Shown: positions 30,255 through 40,600 of the stretch, piece by piece
Layout of the letters: each line of letters opens with the position of its first letter
How positions within the stretch are numbered: the stretch's first letter is position 1
Origin: an uncultured Parachlamydiaceae bacterium
GTDB lineage: Bacteria > Chlamydiota > Chlamydiia > Chlamydiales > Parachlamydiaceae
Length of the DNA stretch: 64,000 bases
Assembly (NCBI GenBank): GCA_963742415.1
Contig: CAVULX010000003.1
Coordinates: 800,001-864,000 of the forward strand
Direction: 5' to 3'
Position numbers and translations under genes: made by a program
Notes under the pieces: generated by a model
Told to the model about the DNA's origin: nothing
The model's database searches: none
Seen by the model: the letters and a program-made list of their open reading frames with translations, nothing else

Positions 30255-30824
30255 TTAAGAAACTCTTGAAACGTAATCACCCGTACGAGTATCTACCTTG
30301 ATTTTTTCCCCCTGCTCAACAAAGATGGGGACTTGCACTTTAGCTCCACTTTCAACGATGGCAGGCTTCAACACACGGCCAGAAGCTGTGTCGCCACGAA
30401 CGCCTGGGGCAGTTTCTGTGATAAACATTTCCATAAAGGTCGGGGGTTCGACGGTAACAGGGGTCCCTTTATAGAAGATAATTTCATAGAGATGGTCATC
30501 CATCAACCATTGGGAAGTATCTCCAATATGTTCGTGAGGAATCTTAATTTGCTCGAAGGTATTGTCATCCATAAAGATAACACCATCGTTTTCTTTGTAA
30601 AGCATCCTCATTTCTGTTTCGACAACGTCGGCAAGATCCACTTTATCTCCGGACTTGAAAGTGCGGTCAATTGTGCGGCCCGAGATCAGATGCTTCAAAC
30701 GAACACGGTTAAACGATTGCCCTTTTCCAGGCTTGACGAATTCATTGGTGATAATCGTATAAGGTTGCCCCTCTACTTCAACTTTCATGCCCGCTTTGAA
30801 TTCGTTGGTGCTCACTTGTGCCAT
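30255..30824 (-). CDS. efp: Elongation factor P
   Basis: FVKPGKGQSF, PGVRGDTA, VQVPIFV, KVDTRTG; ATG 30824 after AAGGA. Confidence 0.95.
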   Translation of the reverse strand: MAQVSTNEFKAGMKVEVEGQPYTIITNEFVKPGKGQSFNRVRLKHLISGRTIDRTFKSGDKVDLADVVETEMRMLYKENDGVIFMDDNTFEQIKIPHEHIGDTSQWLMDDHLYEIIFYKGTPVTVEPPTFMEMFITETAPGVRGDTASGRVLKPAIVESGAKVQVPIFVEQGEKIKVDTRTGDYVSRVS

Positions 30825-30927
30825 ATTGATTTCCTTGATATGTAAATTTACATGCATAAACTATAACAAAGTGGTGTGCGTGTGTCTAGTATAAGTTTTT
30901 CTAGAACCGTCCGACAGGTTTTGAGAC

Positions 30928-31188
30928 TTGCAAAATATCTTTTCTCAGATATATTTTTTGAATCATGCCTGGAGAATGAAGATGTGGTTTAGAGAATATA
31001 GAGATTATAAAATCGATTCGTCAACGAAAAAAGAACAACTTTCATCGGGGCGGGGGATCATTGGTTGCGAAATGCACGACCTTAATGGTTGGGGGGAAGA
31101 ATATCACATAGCCACACCAAAAAAGAAAAAAGGGGTTTTCGCTTCTTTGCTAGAAGTTCTCTTTCCTAAATCTAAGCAAATGGAATAA
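30928..31188 (+). CDS. Small hypothetical protein (start uncertain, possibly 30964 or 30976)
   Basis: ORF ending 3 nt before the next gene in an apparent operon with amn. Confidence 0.45.
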   Translation: MQNIFSQIYFLNHAWRMKMWFREYRDYKIDSSTKKEQLSSGRGIIGCEMHDLNGWGEEYHIATPKKKKGVFASLLEVLFPKSKQME

Positions 31189-31191
31189 AAT

Positions 31192-31422
31192 ATGACGCAA
31201 AAGGGAACTCATACCTGGGATCTCATTGTCCAATACCACAGATGTCCTAAATGCAGCCGTATTTTTGAGAGTAGGGAAGATTATCAATATCGTTTAGGTA
31301 GGTATGAGAAGGATTTGGAATGTCCAAACTGTCATTATATGTACACATTAACAAAAGAAAAACGACCCTCCTTTGGACCTTTGATTGGAGAGCCGCAGCC
31401 TAAGGAAATAGAATGGGGTTAA
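31192..31422 (+). CDS. Small zinc-ribbon protein
   Basis: CPKC...CPNC; 3-nt gap to amn. Confidence 0.7.
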   Translation: MTQKGTHTWDLIVQYHRCPKCSRIFESREDYQYRLGRYEKDLECPNCHYMYTLTKEKRPSFGPLIGEPQPKEIEWG

Positions 31423-31425
31423 TAT

Positions 31426-32271
31426 ATGTTGCATGAACTTTATGAATGGAAGCCCGATCCTCAAGAAGAACAAATCGCCAGGGAAACTTTAGAAAGGTAC
31501 TCCGGGTCGGAAGTTGCTGACTTTCAACCGTATCTCCTCCTCACGAATTTTCCCAAGTATGTCCAATACTTTTCTGAAAAAAAAAAGGTGCCCATTTTGG
31601 AAGGGTCGATGTTCAAAGTGGCACACTCTCCAAAAGATCATGTGACTATTCTAGACTTCAAGATCGGTTCTCCTGCGGCAGCGCTCGTCATTGACTTGCT
31701 GGCCCATCTGCCGATCAAAGCAGCCCTTTTATTGGGGATGTGCGGAGGGCTAAGGAAACATTATAAAGTGGGGAATTACTTTGTTCCCATCGCCAGCATC
31801 CGAGGGGAGGGAACATCCGATTTTTATTTTCCGTCCGAAGTTCCTGCCCTAGCCAATTTTTTAGTCCAAAAAACCGTGACAAACGTTCTTGAAAAAGAAA
31901 AAGCCCAGTATCATATCGGGATCTGTCATACAACAAATAAGCGGTTTTGGGAGTTCAATACAGAATTTAAACACCGCCTTGAAACAACGCGCCCCCAAGC
32001 AATTGAAATGGAATCGGCAACCCTTTTCATGGCAAGCTACAGATATAAGCTGCCCCTGGGAGCGCTTCTCTTGATTTCAGATTTGCCTATGGGCCGCGAC
32101 GGAATTAAAACCAAAGCAAGCTCCAACTTTGTTTATGCAAATTACACGGCCGATCACGTGGAAAAGGGGATTAAAATCTTAAGAGCCCTCCATAAAGCCA
32201 TTAGCAAACAAGCTAAAGGAGTCTTCCGGGGAATTCGCAGAAGGTTTGAACAAAAATCGCAAAATGAGTAA
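31426..32271 (+). CDS. amn: AMP nucleosidase
   Basis: LERYSG, LLTNF, GMCGGL, IRGEGTS, TTNKRFWE, AIEMESATLF, LLISDLP. Confidence 0.9.
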   Translation: MLHELYEWKPDPQEEQIARETLERYSGSEVADFQPYLLLTNFPKYVQYFSEKKKVPILEGSMFKVAHSPKDHVTILDFKIGSPAAALVIDLLAHLPIKAALLLGMCGGLRKHYKVGNYFVPIASIRGEGTSDFYFPSEVPALANFLVQKTVTNVLEKEKAQYHIGICHTTNKRFWEFNTEFKHRLETTRPQAIEMESATLFMASYRYKLPLGALLLISDLPMGRDGIKTKASSNFVYANYTADHVEKGIKILRALHKAISKQAKGVFRGIRRRFEQKSQNE

Positions 32272-32323
32272 TTTCATTTTTTTATATTAGTATAAAAAAA
32301 ATCATTACTTACGGCAGGTTTTT

Positions 32324-33286
32324 ATGGTCAATAGTACAGAAGGTTCTTCTTCTACCTTTTGCAGCACAGGTCAACCCTCAATTAATAGTGCTGAAAGTTC
32401 TCCTACCTATTCCCGCATATCCAAAAGCCTCGTCCAACCCCCAAAACTTGAAGGATTTTCAAAAAAGGTACCTTGCCTTAAATGTGGCAATCTAACGTCT
32501 CGCGTTTGCCAGTTTTGCAGGTATTCATTTTATTGTAGTCCCAAATGCGAACAAATGAATCTTAAAAATCATCGCCCTGTTTGTCTTGAAATGCAGAGTG
32601 GTTTAAGAGCATTGGCTTATGGAAAAACTATATGTAAAGTTTGCAATGTAGCTAGTGCTAAAAAAATATGTACGCGGTGTGAAGCAATCACCTATTGTGG
32701 AGAAGAGTGTCAAGAAAAGGATTGGAATAAGCATAAACCCCTTTGCGATATGTTGTATGAGAAAAGTCGTGGGTCTATTATGAACATTGATCCAGAAGTT
32801 GAATCTCTTCTTCAAGACATTATAAATGATAATCAACCTAGATTTGAACAGGGTTCAAAATATAAAAAAAATGGGGAGACTTCATCAAAAGAGGAGCCAG
32901 TTCTTGAAAAATTGGCACATTTAACAATGACTTCGCAGGATACTAAAAAGAAAGCCTCTTCCTGGAAAATAGGGGAGAAAAAAAGGCCAGGGTTAGAAGG
33001 CCTTTTTGATAATCCCAATAAAATTGTCCGCTCTCCCCCAAGTGAAACAAATGTTGAGCCAGCGCCCACTAATACAAAAACTCCCCCCACGAAGCGCCAC
33101 AATACAACAATGCATGAAACAAAAAAAACAGGAGAGGGAATGTTGTCTCGCCAAAAGTCAGGTCCGGAGATTTTAGAGAGGAAAGGAAAAGGAAATGGAA
33201 TTTTAAATAAAGCGAAGGGATCTATGTTTCTTCGATTTATGAAAAAAAATTCAGAGCCTGCTCTCTTAAAAAAAGACAGAAAATGA
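32324..33286 (+). CDS. Protein with two tandem MYND-type zinc fingers, putative effector
   Basis: CLKC..CQFC...YCSPKC...HRPVC and CKVC..CTRC...YCGEECQEKDWNKHKPLC; Ser-rich N-terminus, basic C-terminus. Confidence 0.8.
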   Translation: MVNSTEGSSSTFCSTGQPSINSAESSPTYSRISKSLVQPPKLEGFSKKVPCLKCGNLTSRVCQFCRYSFYCSPKCEQMNLKNHRPVCLEMQSGLRALAYGKTICKVCNVASAKKICTRCEAITYCGEECQEKDWNKHKPLCDMLYEKSRGSIMNIDPEVESLLQDIINDNQPRFEQGSKYKKNGETSSKEEPVLEKLAHLTMTSQDTKKKASSWKIGEKKRPGLEGLFDNPNKIVRSPPSETNVEPAPTNTKTPPTKRHNTTMHETKKTGEGMLSRQKSGPEILERKGKGNGILNKAKGSMFLRFMKKNSEPALLKKDRK

Positions 33287-33336
33287 GCTGATGACTGACC
33301 TGGAATTTCTGACTTTTTGATAAAACATCAGTCTCT

Positions 33337-34014
33337 TTACCTTCCTTTTTCATGTACTACAGTAACTTTGGAATAACAGGGCAACGGAAGAGAAAGTACC
33401 CACTTATCAAGAGATTCTTTTATTTTATCATTAAAAAAATCTGCTTTATGGTATTGAATCCATCTCTCCTCTATAGGAGCATCTATAGTTATATCTATCC
33501 TTTCCGAGCCTGTGTTTTGAGGGGCGTGGTTTTCCATGATAATGGAGATTTTATCGCCATTTTTAATCCCGCTTTCATTCTCTATTTTTGTTAGATCATT
33601 TGTAATTTGATCTTCAAAATTTTCAAATAAAACATCTTTCAAAGTATTGGTTTCACTTTGATTTAAAGGCTCAATATCAATGTGATTTAATAATTTTAAT
33701 AATACTATATTTGCAATGGCCATAAGTGCTGGAGTAATAATTGTGCAATAGGTTATGATTTTAGCAATATTCCATGCGTATGGATGGGGAGAAGGCTCTT
33801 CATATGATACCTTGCCTATAATTTTTTGCGCGACTTCGTTACTTTCTTCACTAACTTTACTAGCTTGGCTGCTAAGTACACATACTTCACTATATTCAGA
33901 GTTATCTAAGTGAAAATAGCGGGAACTCATATCAGCTAATTTAGGAATATTAATACCCGAATTTGGATAAGTTACTATTGGTTTGTTAAAAATAATTGCC
34001 ATACTTCCTCTCAC
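33337..34014 (-). CDS. Hypothetical protein, N-terminally similar to 36567..37418
   Basis: 225-aa AT-rich ORF; shared MSSRYFHL...YEEPSPHP...AKIITY plus hydrophobic segment. Confidence 0.7.
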   Translation of the reverse strand: MRGSMAIIFNKPIVTYPNSGINIPKLADMSSRYFHLDNSEYSEVCVLSSQASKVSEESNEVAQKIIGKVSYEEPSPHPYAWNIAKIITYCTIITPALMAIANIVLLKLLNHIDIEPLNQSETNTLKDVLFENFEDQITNDLTKIENESGIKNGDKISIIMENHAPQNTGSERIDITIDAPIEERWIQYHKADFFNDKIKESLDKWVLSLPLPCYSKVTVVHEKGR

Positions 34015-34314
34015 ATTATAATTACAAATAACCTATTTTACATTATATAATTTAACCTATTTTATATTGTATAATTTTATTTAATTTTTAAGCACTGAGT
34101 TCGGCTTATTTTTTTTAAAGTATTTAGAATGAATGTGATAGCTAAAATGTCAGGATCGTGCGACATAAGGCCATTCTTTTACCTTAGCAGTTCTAATTTA
34201 ACGCGAGTTTTGGATAAAGGTCTTTTTTCAATCCTAAACTACTAATAATCAAATAGACAATCTCTCGGAATTTGCTTTGCCTAAACTTTAGTCTCGACAC
34301 ACTTCAGCCGTTAA

Positions 34315-34454
34315 AATTACCACAGAGCCCACAGAAAACACAGAGAGGGTATTATATCTTCATTCGACGAATGCCTTCTACTAATCGCTTTACATTATTA
34401 ATTAAATAATTCATAAGACCACTCTCTGTGTTCTCTGTGGGCTCTGTGGTAGTT
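34315..34454. repeat. Palindromic intergenic element, CACAGAG family
   Basis: aattaccacagagcccacagaaaacacagagag / ctctctgtgttctctgtgggctctgtggtagtt arms. Confidence 0.8.
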
Positions 34455-34564
34455 TATTTCATCTAACAACCCGCTCAAAGTCTTTTCACAAGCAAAACAG
34501 CAAAAGCAAGGATTACTATATGCAAGCTGGTATTGAGTTTTCTTTCGCAATCAAAAAACTCGCG

Positions 34565-36286
34565 TTAATTCAATTTTTTCTTTAGCCTTTGGATTTCTAG
34601 TGCAACAAGCTTTAAGATGATGACTGAATCTGCTGCCTTTTGCCCCTCAAAAGTCTCTTTTTGAGCTGTTTTGATCAATTCTTGTAAGGTAAAAATTTTT
34701 ATTCTAGTACGGGCCTTCGGATTAGCAAAAATTCCCCTTTCAGCACTACTTATATTGGACTCAACGCAAGTTCCATAAAGTTGCATGCTCTTAAAATTGG
34801 ATTCCCGCTTAATCAGGTCTTTTGTAACTAATGACTTGTTCTTAGATAATGGATTATGTGCCTGGATATAAAGATTATGTAGTGCTTTTTCATTATCAGT
34901 CTTAACAATCTTCCCACCATTATTAATAATAAAATGATTATAAATTAGATCGTATAACGGTTCAATGTCATAGCTATATTGCTTATATGCCACAATTGAT
35001 CGAATAAAATTGTCATTGCTTAAAACTTTTTTTGAAGTTTGAATCCAGACTGTAGTTTTCGTAAACTTTTTATTACCTATCTTAAAATCAATAGGGCCAT
35101 GGAATTTCGTATCTGTGACTCCATCCCCACGATTATGGATAATGAAGAAATAATTTTCCCTAATCTTTCTAAACTCAAAGGTTACGGTATGATCGCGAAT
35201 TCCCAGCGGCACATAAAAGCAGGTTGAGTCTTCGTTTAAATTGACTATTTTACTAGACTGAGGGGTATCTAACATTTCGATCGCATGTTTTATAGTTTTG
35301 ATTTGTTTATTGAGATCCCCCCAGGTCCCACGAGCTATTGACAGCCTATAATTAGCGATATCGATAAGACATTTTTTTTCATTTTCTTCAATTTGTTTAT
35401 TTGGATAGATCGCCAAGCTTAAGATGAATTGATGAGCTTGCAATGCTCTACATTTCACTTGATAGCCTAAGTAAAGGGAACAATTTCTATTTGCAAGCTC
35501 AGAAGTAAGATCAGGATGTTTAACACCTTTAAGACCAACATTGAATAAACAATTGAGCACCTTATTATCGGGAATAAAGTTTAAGGCTGCACAAGTATGA
35601 ACTGAATCAACAATAAATTTTGCTATATCTGGATCGATAGGTTGAGAAACATCTAATAATGTATCCAAAATTTCGCAATATTCTAAAATTTCATAATATT
35701 CTTTATATATAAGCCCATCTAACCCATCTGTTGGCAGCAAATCAAAGTCACGATTTTTGGCAAGATTTTCAATTTCTTGTTCGAGTTGTTCGAATTTTGT
35801 CGATAAAGCTGTGATTTTTTCTTTTATTGGTGGGTCGGCTGTTTTAGTGAGTTCATCAAGGATTTGTTGAAATTCATTTTCGAAAATTTTTTTTTCCCTA
35901 TCGAGGCTTTTTTTCCAATTAGACGTTAACTCTTGATACAGTTTTTTTTCTGAAGAAAAGTGGTTAATGTCAAAATAAGTTAAATTACCTAAACCAAATC
36001 TTTTGTATTTTCTTTTATAAATTTTTTGTGCACAATGGACAATTTTTCTGTCCACAAGGTAAGAAGGGGAAGAAGCTTCGGTAAGAGCTCTATTTGATAT
36101 GAGAAGCATTTGCTCAAAAGATATTTCAGCTTCCTTGACAGTTTGACTTTTTTTCACATATAAAAGTTTTCCGCAACCGCCTTTGTTAATGACTGCAATC
36201 CTACCATGATTTGGATTATCGCTTATGTCTTCTAAAATATCGCCCCATTTCTTGTAATCAATCTTAAGATTTACAACTGAAGACAT
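34565..36286 (-). CDS. Hypothetical protein, putative cysteine-protease-like effector
   Basis: 573 aa; coiled-coil middle; GIRDHTV...IIHNRGDG...MQLYGTCVESN. Confidence 0.7.
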   Translation of the reverse strand: MSSVVNLKIDYKKWGDILEDISDNPNHGRIAVINKGGCGKLLYVKKSQTVKEAEISFEQMLLISNRALTEASSPSYLVDRKIVHCAQKIYKRKYKRFGLGNLTYFDINHFSSEKKLYQELTSNWKKSLDREKKIFENEFQQILDELTKTADPPIKEKITALSTKFEQLEQEIENLAKNRDFDLLPTDGLDGLIYKEYYEILEYCEILDTLLDVSQPIDPDIAKFIVDSVHTCAALNFIPDNKVLNCLFNVGLKGVKHPDLTSELANRNCSLYLGYQVKCRALQAHQFILSLAIYPNKQIEENEKKCLIDIANYRLSIARGTWGDLNKQIKTIKHAIEMLDTPQSSKIVNLNEDSTCFYVPLGIRDHTVTFEFRKIRENYFFIIHNRGDGVTDTKFHGPIDFKIGNKKFTKTTVWIQTSKKVLSNDNFIRSIVAYKQYSYDIEPLYDLIYNHFIINNGGKIVKTDNEKALHNLYIQAHNPLSKNKSLVTKDLIKRESNFKSMQLYGTCVESNISSAERGIFANPKARTRIKIFTLQELIKTAQKETFEGQKAADSVIILKLVALEIQRLKKKLN

Positions 36287-36310
36287 AAAAGGCCTTCCTT
36301 TCTTAAGAAA

Positions 36311-36494
36311 TGGGGCATAGTGAGAATATCGACTCTGCCCTTGGCAACCTCTTCCAGGGTTTCACTTGTCTAGGTGTACGGAAGCGGGAAAGGATTCCGA
36401 TATTGAAACGGAAGTTGCTCAATTTCTCAATAAAACTTTCGAAATACCGCATCGGGAGAACTGTTATGGGCACTACAATCGCCACTTGTTTTTG
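36311..36494 (-). pseudogene. Decayed internal fragment of mfd
   Basis: QKQVAIVVPITVLPMRYFESFIEKLSNFRFNIGILSRFRT matches Mfd (38898..39085) at 28/40 residues by eye; short deletion shifts the frame afterwards. Confidence 0.85.
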
Positions 36495-36566
36495 TACATG
36501 AGACACTATTTTCAGTAATCCATTTATTTGGATGGTCTTACTGAATATTCGGTTCCGCGCGCATAA

Positions 36567-37418
36567 TTATTTATAAAATCCATATTTGTCCGGTTTTACT
36601 GAATATTCGATTCCGCTCGCATAACCATGTATAAATTTTACGATTTTATTTCTTGCTGCTCTAGGAGAAGCTAAATCTACTGTTGTTGACTCTCTTCTAT
36701 AATTTCTTTTGGCTTCTAAAATAGCTGTTTTTGTTTTAAATTCTCCGGCTTCTTCTAATAAACCATCGGCAATTTTTCCTGCATGATCACTCAATACTTG
36801 AACTTTCCAAAAACAAGGGAAGTCAATTTTTTTTATTATATTCCCAAGTTCTGCTTGGATGTAATGATAATCGATTTGCTCTTTTCCGTCGTCACCTATG
36901 ATTATGACGTCGTTCTTATATCCACCAATATTAATAGTATTGTCTTTATGAGGCCCATGAGTATGCAATTCAATCCCTACTAAATCACCATCAGTAAAAT
37001 CTTTTAAATCTTCTTTAATTTGAACCATTAACTTTTTAATAATATTCTGTTTTAATTTATCAAATTCGCCATCGGTTAATTCGTTTACTTTAACTTTATT
37101 AAAAAATTTAAATGCCACAACATTTACAACTACCATAGCAGCAGAGAAAGGAAACAATAGAACATAAGATAGACATTTAGCACAATTCATAAGGCGTGGA
37201 TGGGAAGAAGGCTCTGTATAAATTACATCGGCGGAAATTGTGTTCTGACCAATTTCGTTAACTGTAGAAACTTTTTCATCATAATTAGTGGGATTTAAAT
37301 GCAAATAGCGGGTACTCATATTAGCCGTTTTTTCAAATAATGTGAGCTTCTTCACACCTTCAAATGCAGAATTGTCTATCGGTGTTGTAAATAATAATTT
37401 TCCTACATAGTTTGTCAT
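36567..37418 (-). CDS. Hypothetical protein, N-terminally similar to 33337..34014
   Basis: 283 aa, RBS AGGAGG; MSTRYLHL...YTEPSSHP...AKCLSY plus hydrophobic segment. Confidence 0.75.
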   Translation of the reverse strand: MTNYVGKLLFTTPIDNSAFEGVKKLTLFEKTANMSTRYLHLNPTNYDEKVSTVNEIGQNTISADVIYTEPSSHPRLMNCAKCLSYVLLFPFSAAMVVVNVVAFKFFNKVKVNELTDGEFDKLKQNIIKKLMVQIKEDLKDFTDGDLVGIELHTHGPHKDNTINIGGYKNDVIIIGDDGKEQIDYHYIQAELGNIIKKIDFPCFWKVQVLSDHAGKIADGLLEEAGEFKTKTAILEAKRNYRRESTTVDLASPRAARNKIVKFIHGYASGIEYSVKPDKYGFYK

Positions 37419-37651
37419 AGTTTACCTCCTATATACATCAATAATTATTATATTAGTTTTTTAATATAATTTGAAAAAAATAATTTGCAATTAAAAAACG
37501 AACGCGTCCGAGGGGAGAAATAAATTTAATTCTATCTTTTCGAATAAATATTCAAATGCAGCACTCCAAATTGACCCTGCGCATTTCTTATTCGTATGTA
37601 AATAACCCTTAAATATTTATATCCTTGATATCCTGCTGCTTGCGATCCTGC

Positions 37652-40600
37652 CTATCTTGCTGTTTTTAGATCCTGACGGTCTGACTCTAAGGCTTGAATG
37701 ATTTTGGATTCCAATTCTTGGGGAGTCTTTGGCGGCGAGATGATCACTTTTCTGGTCGTTGTTTGTTTCCCTTTTTGCTGCTCAGCTGTCAGGGACAATT
37801 TTTCATATTTGAGCAGTGTATAACCGTTTAAAGCTCCGTAAACGCGGACGCGGGTGAGATAATAGAGCCACCGGGCAGGCTCAGGTGCAGGCCCAAAACG
37901 GTCTTGTAATTCGCTCCATAGGGCATCCACTTCCTCGAAAGATGCAGCTTCTCCGAGCCTCTGGTAGATCTCCATGCGAAGGCTGACTTCGTTAATGTAT
38001 TCTTCTGGAAGGCGGGCATCAATTGGGAATTCCAATTTTGTGTCGCATACGACGGTTGGAATTTTCCCCTGCATGGCTTGAATTGTCCGCTTTAATAATT
38101 TGCAATAGAGATGGAATCCGATGGCTGAGACATGACCCGATTGTTCCATCCCTAAAATGTTCCCGGCTCCACGGATTTCAAGATCGCGCATGGCTATTTT
38201 CATCCCCCCGCCATAGCCTGAAGCCTCGGAAAGCGCATTAAGCCTTTTGCGTGAGATTTCGGGGAGAGAGCGCAAGCGTGGAACTAAAAAGTAGGCATAG
38301 GCCCGCCGGTTCCACCGGCCGACCCTTCCTCTCAGTTGATAAAGGTCGGCTAAGCCGAAGCCATCTGCTTTTTCAATGAGAATGGTGTTTGCATTCGGGA
38401 TATCGATTCCATTCTCCACAATGGTTGTGGCTATTAAAATGTCTGCATGACCATTTTTGAAGGCGTGGAAGACCAGGTCGATCTCATCAGCGCTCATTTG
38501 TCCATGGCCAACAACGACCCGGGCCTGAGGAAGCAGCTTTTTTATATAGGAGGCTGTATCGAAAATGGATTCGACCCGATTGTGGATGATATAAACTTGA
38601 CCATCGCGGGCCAGTTCCCGCAAGATCGCATTTTTGATGACCTGCTCATTAGGTTCTGTGATGATCGTGGTGATGGGGAGTCGATCTTGCGGGGGAGTAT
38701 TGATGACCGACATGTCTCTTGCGCCTATAAGAGACATGTATAATGTTCGTGGAATCGGTGTAGCTGAAAGTGTGAGACAATCAACACCCGCTTTTATTTT
38801 TTTGAGGTGCTCCTTAGCTTTTACCCCAAACCGCTGTTCTTCATCGATGATCACAAGGCCTAAGTCTTTAAAGAGAACATCTTCGCTGATGATGCGGTGG
38901 GTGCCGATGAGAATATCGACAGTGCCTTTGGCAACTCCTTCAAGAGTTTCTCTGATCTGTTTAGTAGTGCGGAAGCGGGAAAGGACCCCGATATTGACAG
39001 GGAAGTTGCTCATCCTTTCTATAAAGTTTTCATAATGTTGCATGGCTAACACTGTTGTGGGCACTAAAATGGCCACTTGCTTTTGCCCATCGACGACTGC
39101 CTTGAAGGCCGCTCGCATGGCTACTTCTGTCTTTCCATAGCCTACATCGCCGCAAACTAACCGATCCATAGCCTTGGATGAAGACATATCTTCTTTTAAG
39201 TTGGCAATGGCCTGAAGCTGGTCTTCTGTTTCAATATAGGGAAAATCTTCTTCAAAGGCTTTCATATCGGGGCTGTCGGCCGGATAAGAAAATCCCCCTT
39301 TGATTTCTCTCTGTGCATATATTTGAAGCAGATCGGAGGCATATTCTAAAATCGCACGTTCCGTATGCTCCTTGGCTTTTTTCCATCGGTTGCTTCCTAA
39401 TGTGTGCATGCGGGGGACTTCATCGCTTGCGCCGATATATTTGCTGATGAGGTAAGCTTGATTTAAAGGAACGTATAATTTTGTATTTTCAGCATATTCT
39501 AAAACAAAAAACTCTGTCAGGACACCCACATTATTCGGCCTTTTTTCTAATCCTAAATATTTACCGATCCCATGGTTAAGGTGGACCACCATTTCCCCGG
39601 GCGTTAAATCGTAAACTTCGGAAGGAAGTGTGTGGTAGGTGCTTCTCTGCTTTTGCCGCCGGATCTTATAGCGATGGGTGATTTCCGTCATGGGAAAAAG
39701 GGCCAAATTGAAATCCACCGCAACGAGTCCTGAGGAAAGGTAGCCAATATGATAAACGGTGTTGTGGGGCAGCCGGATCCCCGCATCCAAAATCCGTTTT
39801 TGCAAAGTGGTTTGCTCAGCTTCTGTGGAGCAAAGAAAGTGGAGTTGAAAATCGGAGGATCCGAATTTTCCCAAAGAATTTAACAAATCCAGTCCTGAGA
39901 TGTTTTCCCCTTCGGGGAGCAAGTAATCAGCTAACATTTCAAAAGGATGCTGCCAACGTTGAGCCTTCAACGATCTATTGAACATCTGAAATTGGATAGA
40001 ATGTAAGGGAACCGTGGCCGAGTAGTAGCCCTTAGACATTTTTTCTGTCAGATGAACCTCGCTCAATTCTTCGATGGGCTGTACTGACCAAAATATTTTT
40101 TGCAACGGTTCTAGTTTCTGCATCAATTGGTCGATCGTTCCGAAGGTGCGGGAAGAAATCCCTGACATGCTTGTTAAGGAAGCATACCGGTCTTCCAATG
40201 CCAGCAAATCATCAAAGACAACCAGGGTATTAGGCCCTAAATAATCGAGCACCGTCGCCAGTTTCTCTTCCCCTTTGAGAAGCTCTAATTCTTGGGCCGG
40301 GGTAATCGAGATTTTTTGGACAGGCTGAACAGACTTTTGCCCTATAGGATCGTATAGACGGATCGATTCAATTTCGTCTCCCCAAAATTCAATCCGGCAG
40401 GGATCGGGGGAAGACACAGGAAAGATATCGATGATCCCTCCACGCACAGCAAATTCCCCCTTTTCAGAGGCAACGCTTTGCCGCTGGTATCCCATTTTTA
40501 TTAGACGGTTGATCAGCTCTTCAAAAGAGATGGTATCCCCGGTTTTTAAGGTCAAATAAAGGCTGGAAAAATGTTCACGGGGAAGAAGTTTTTGCAAACA

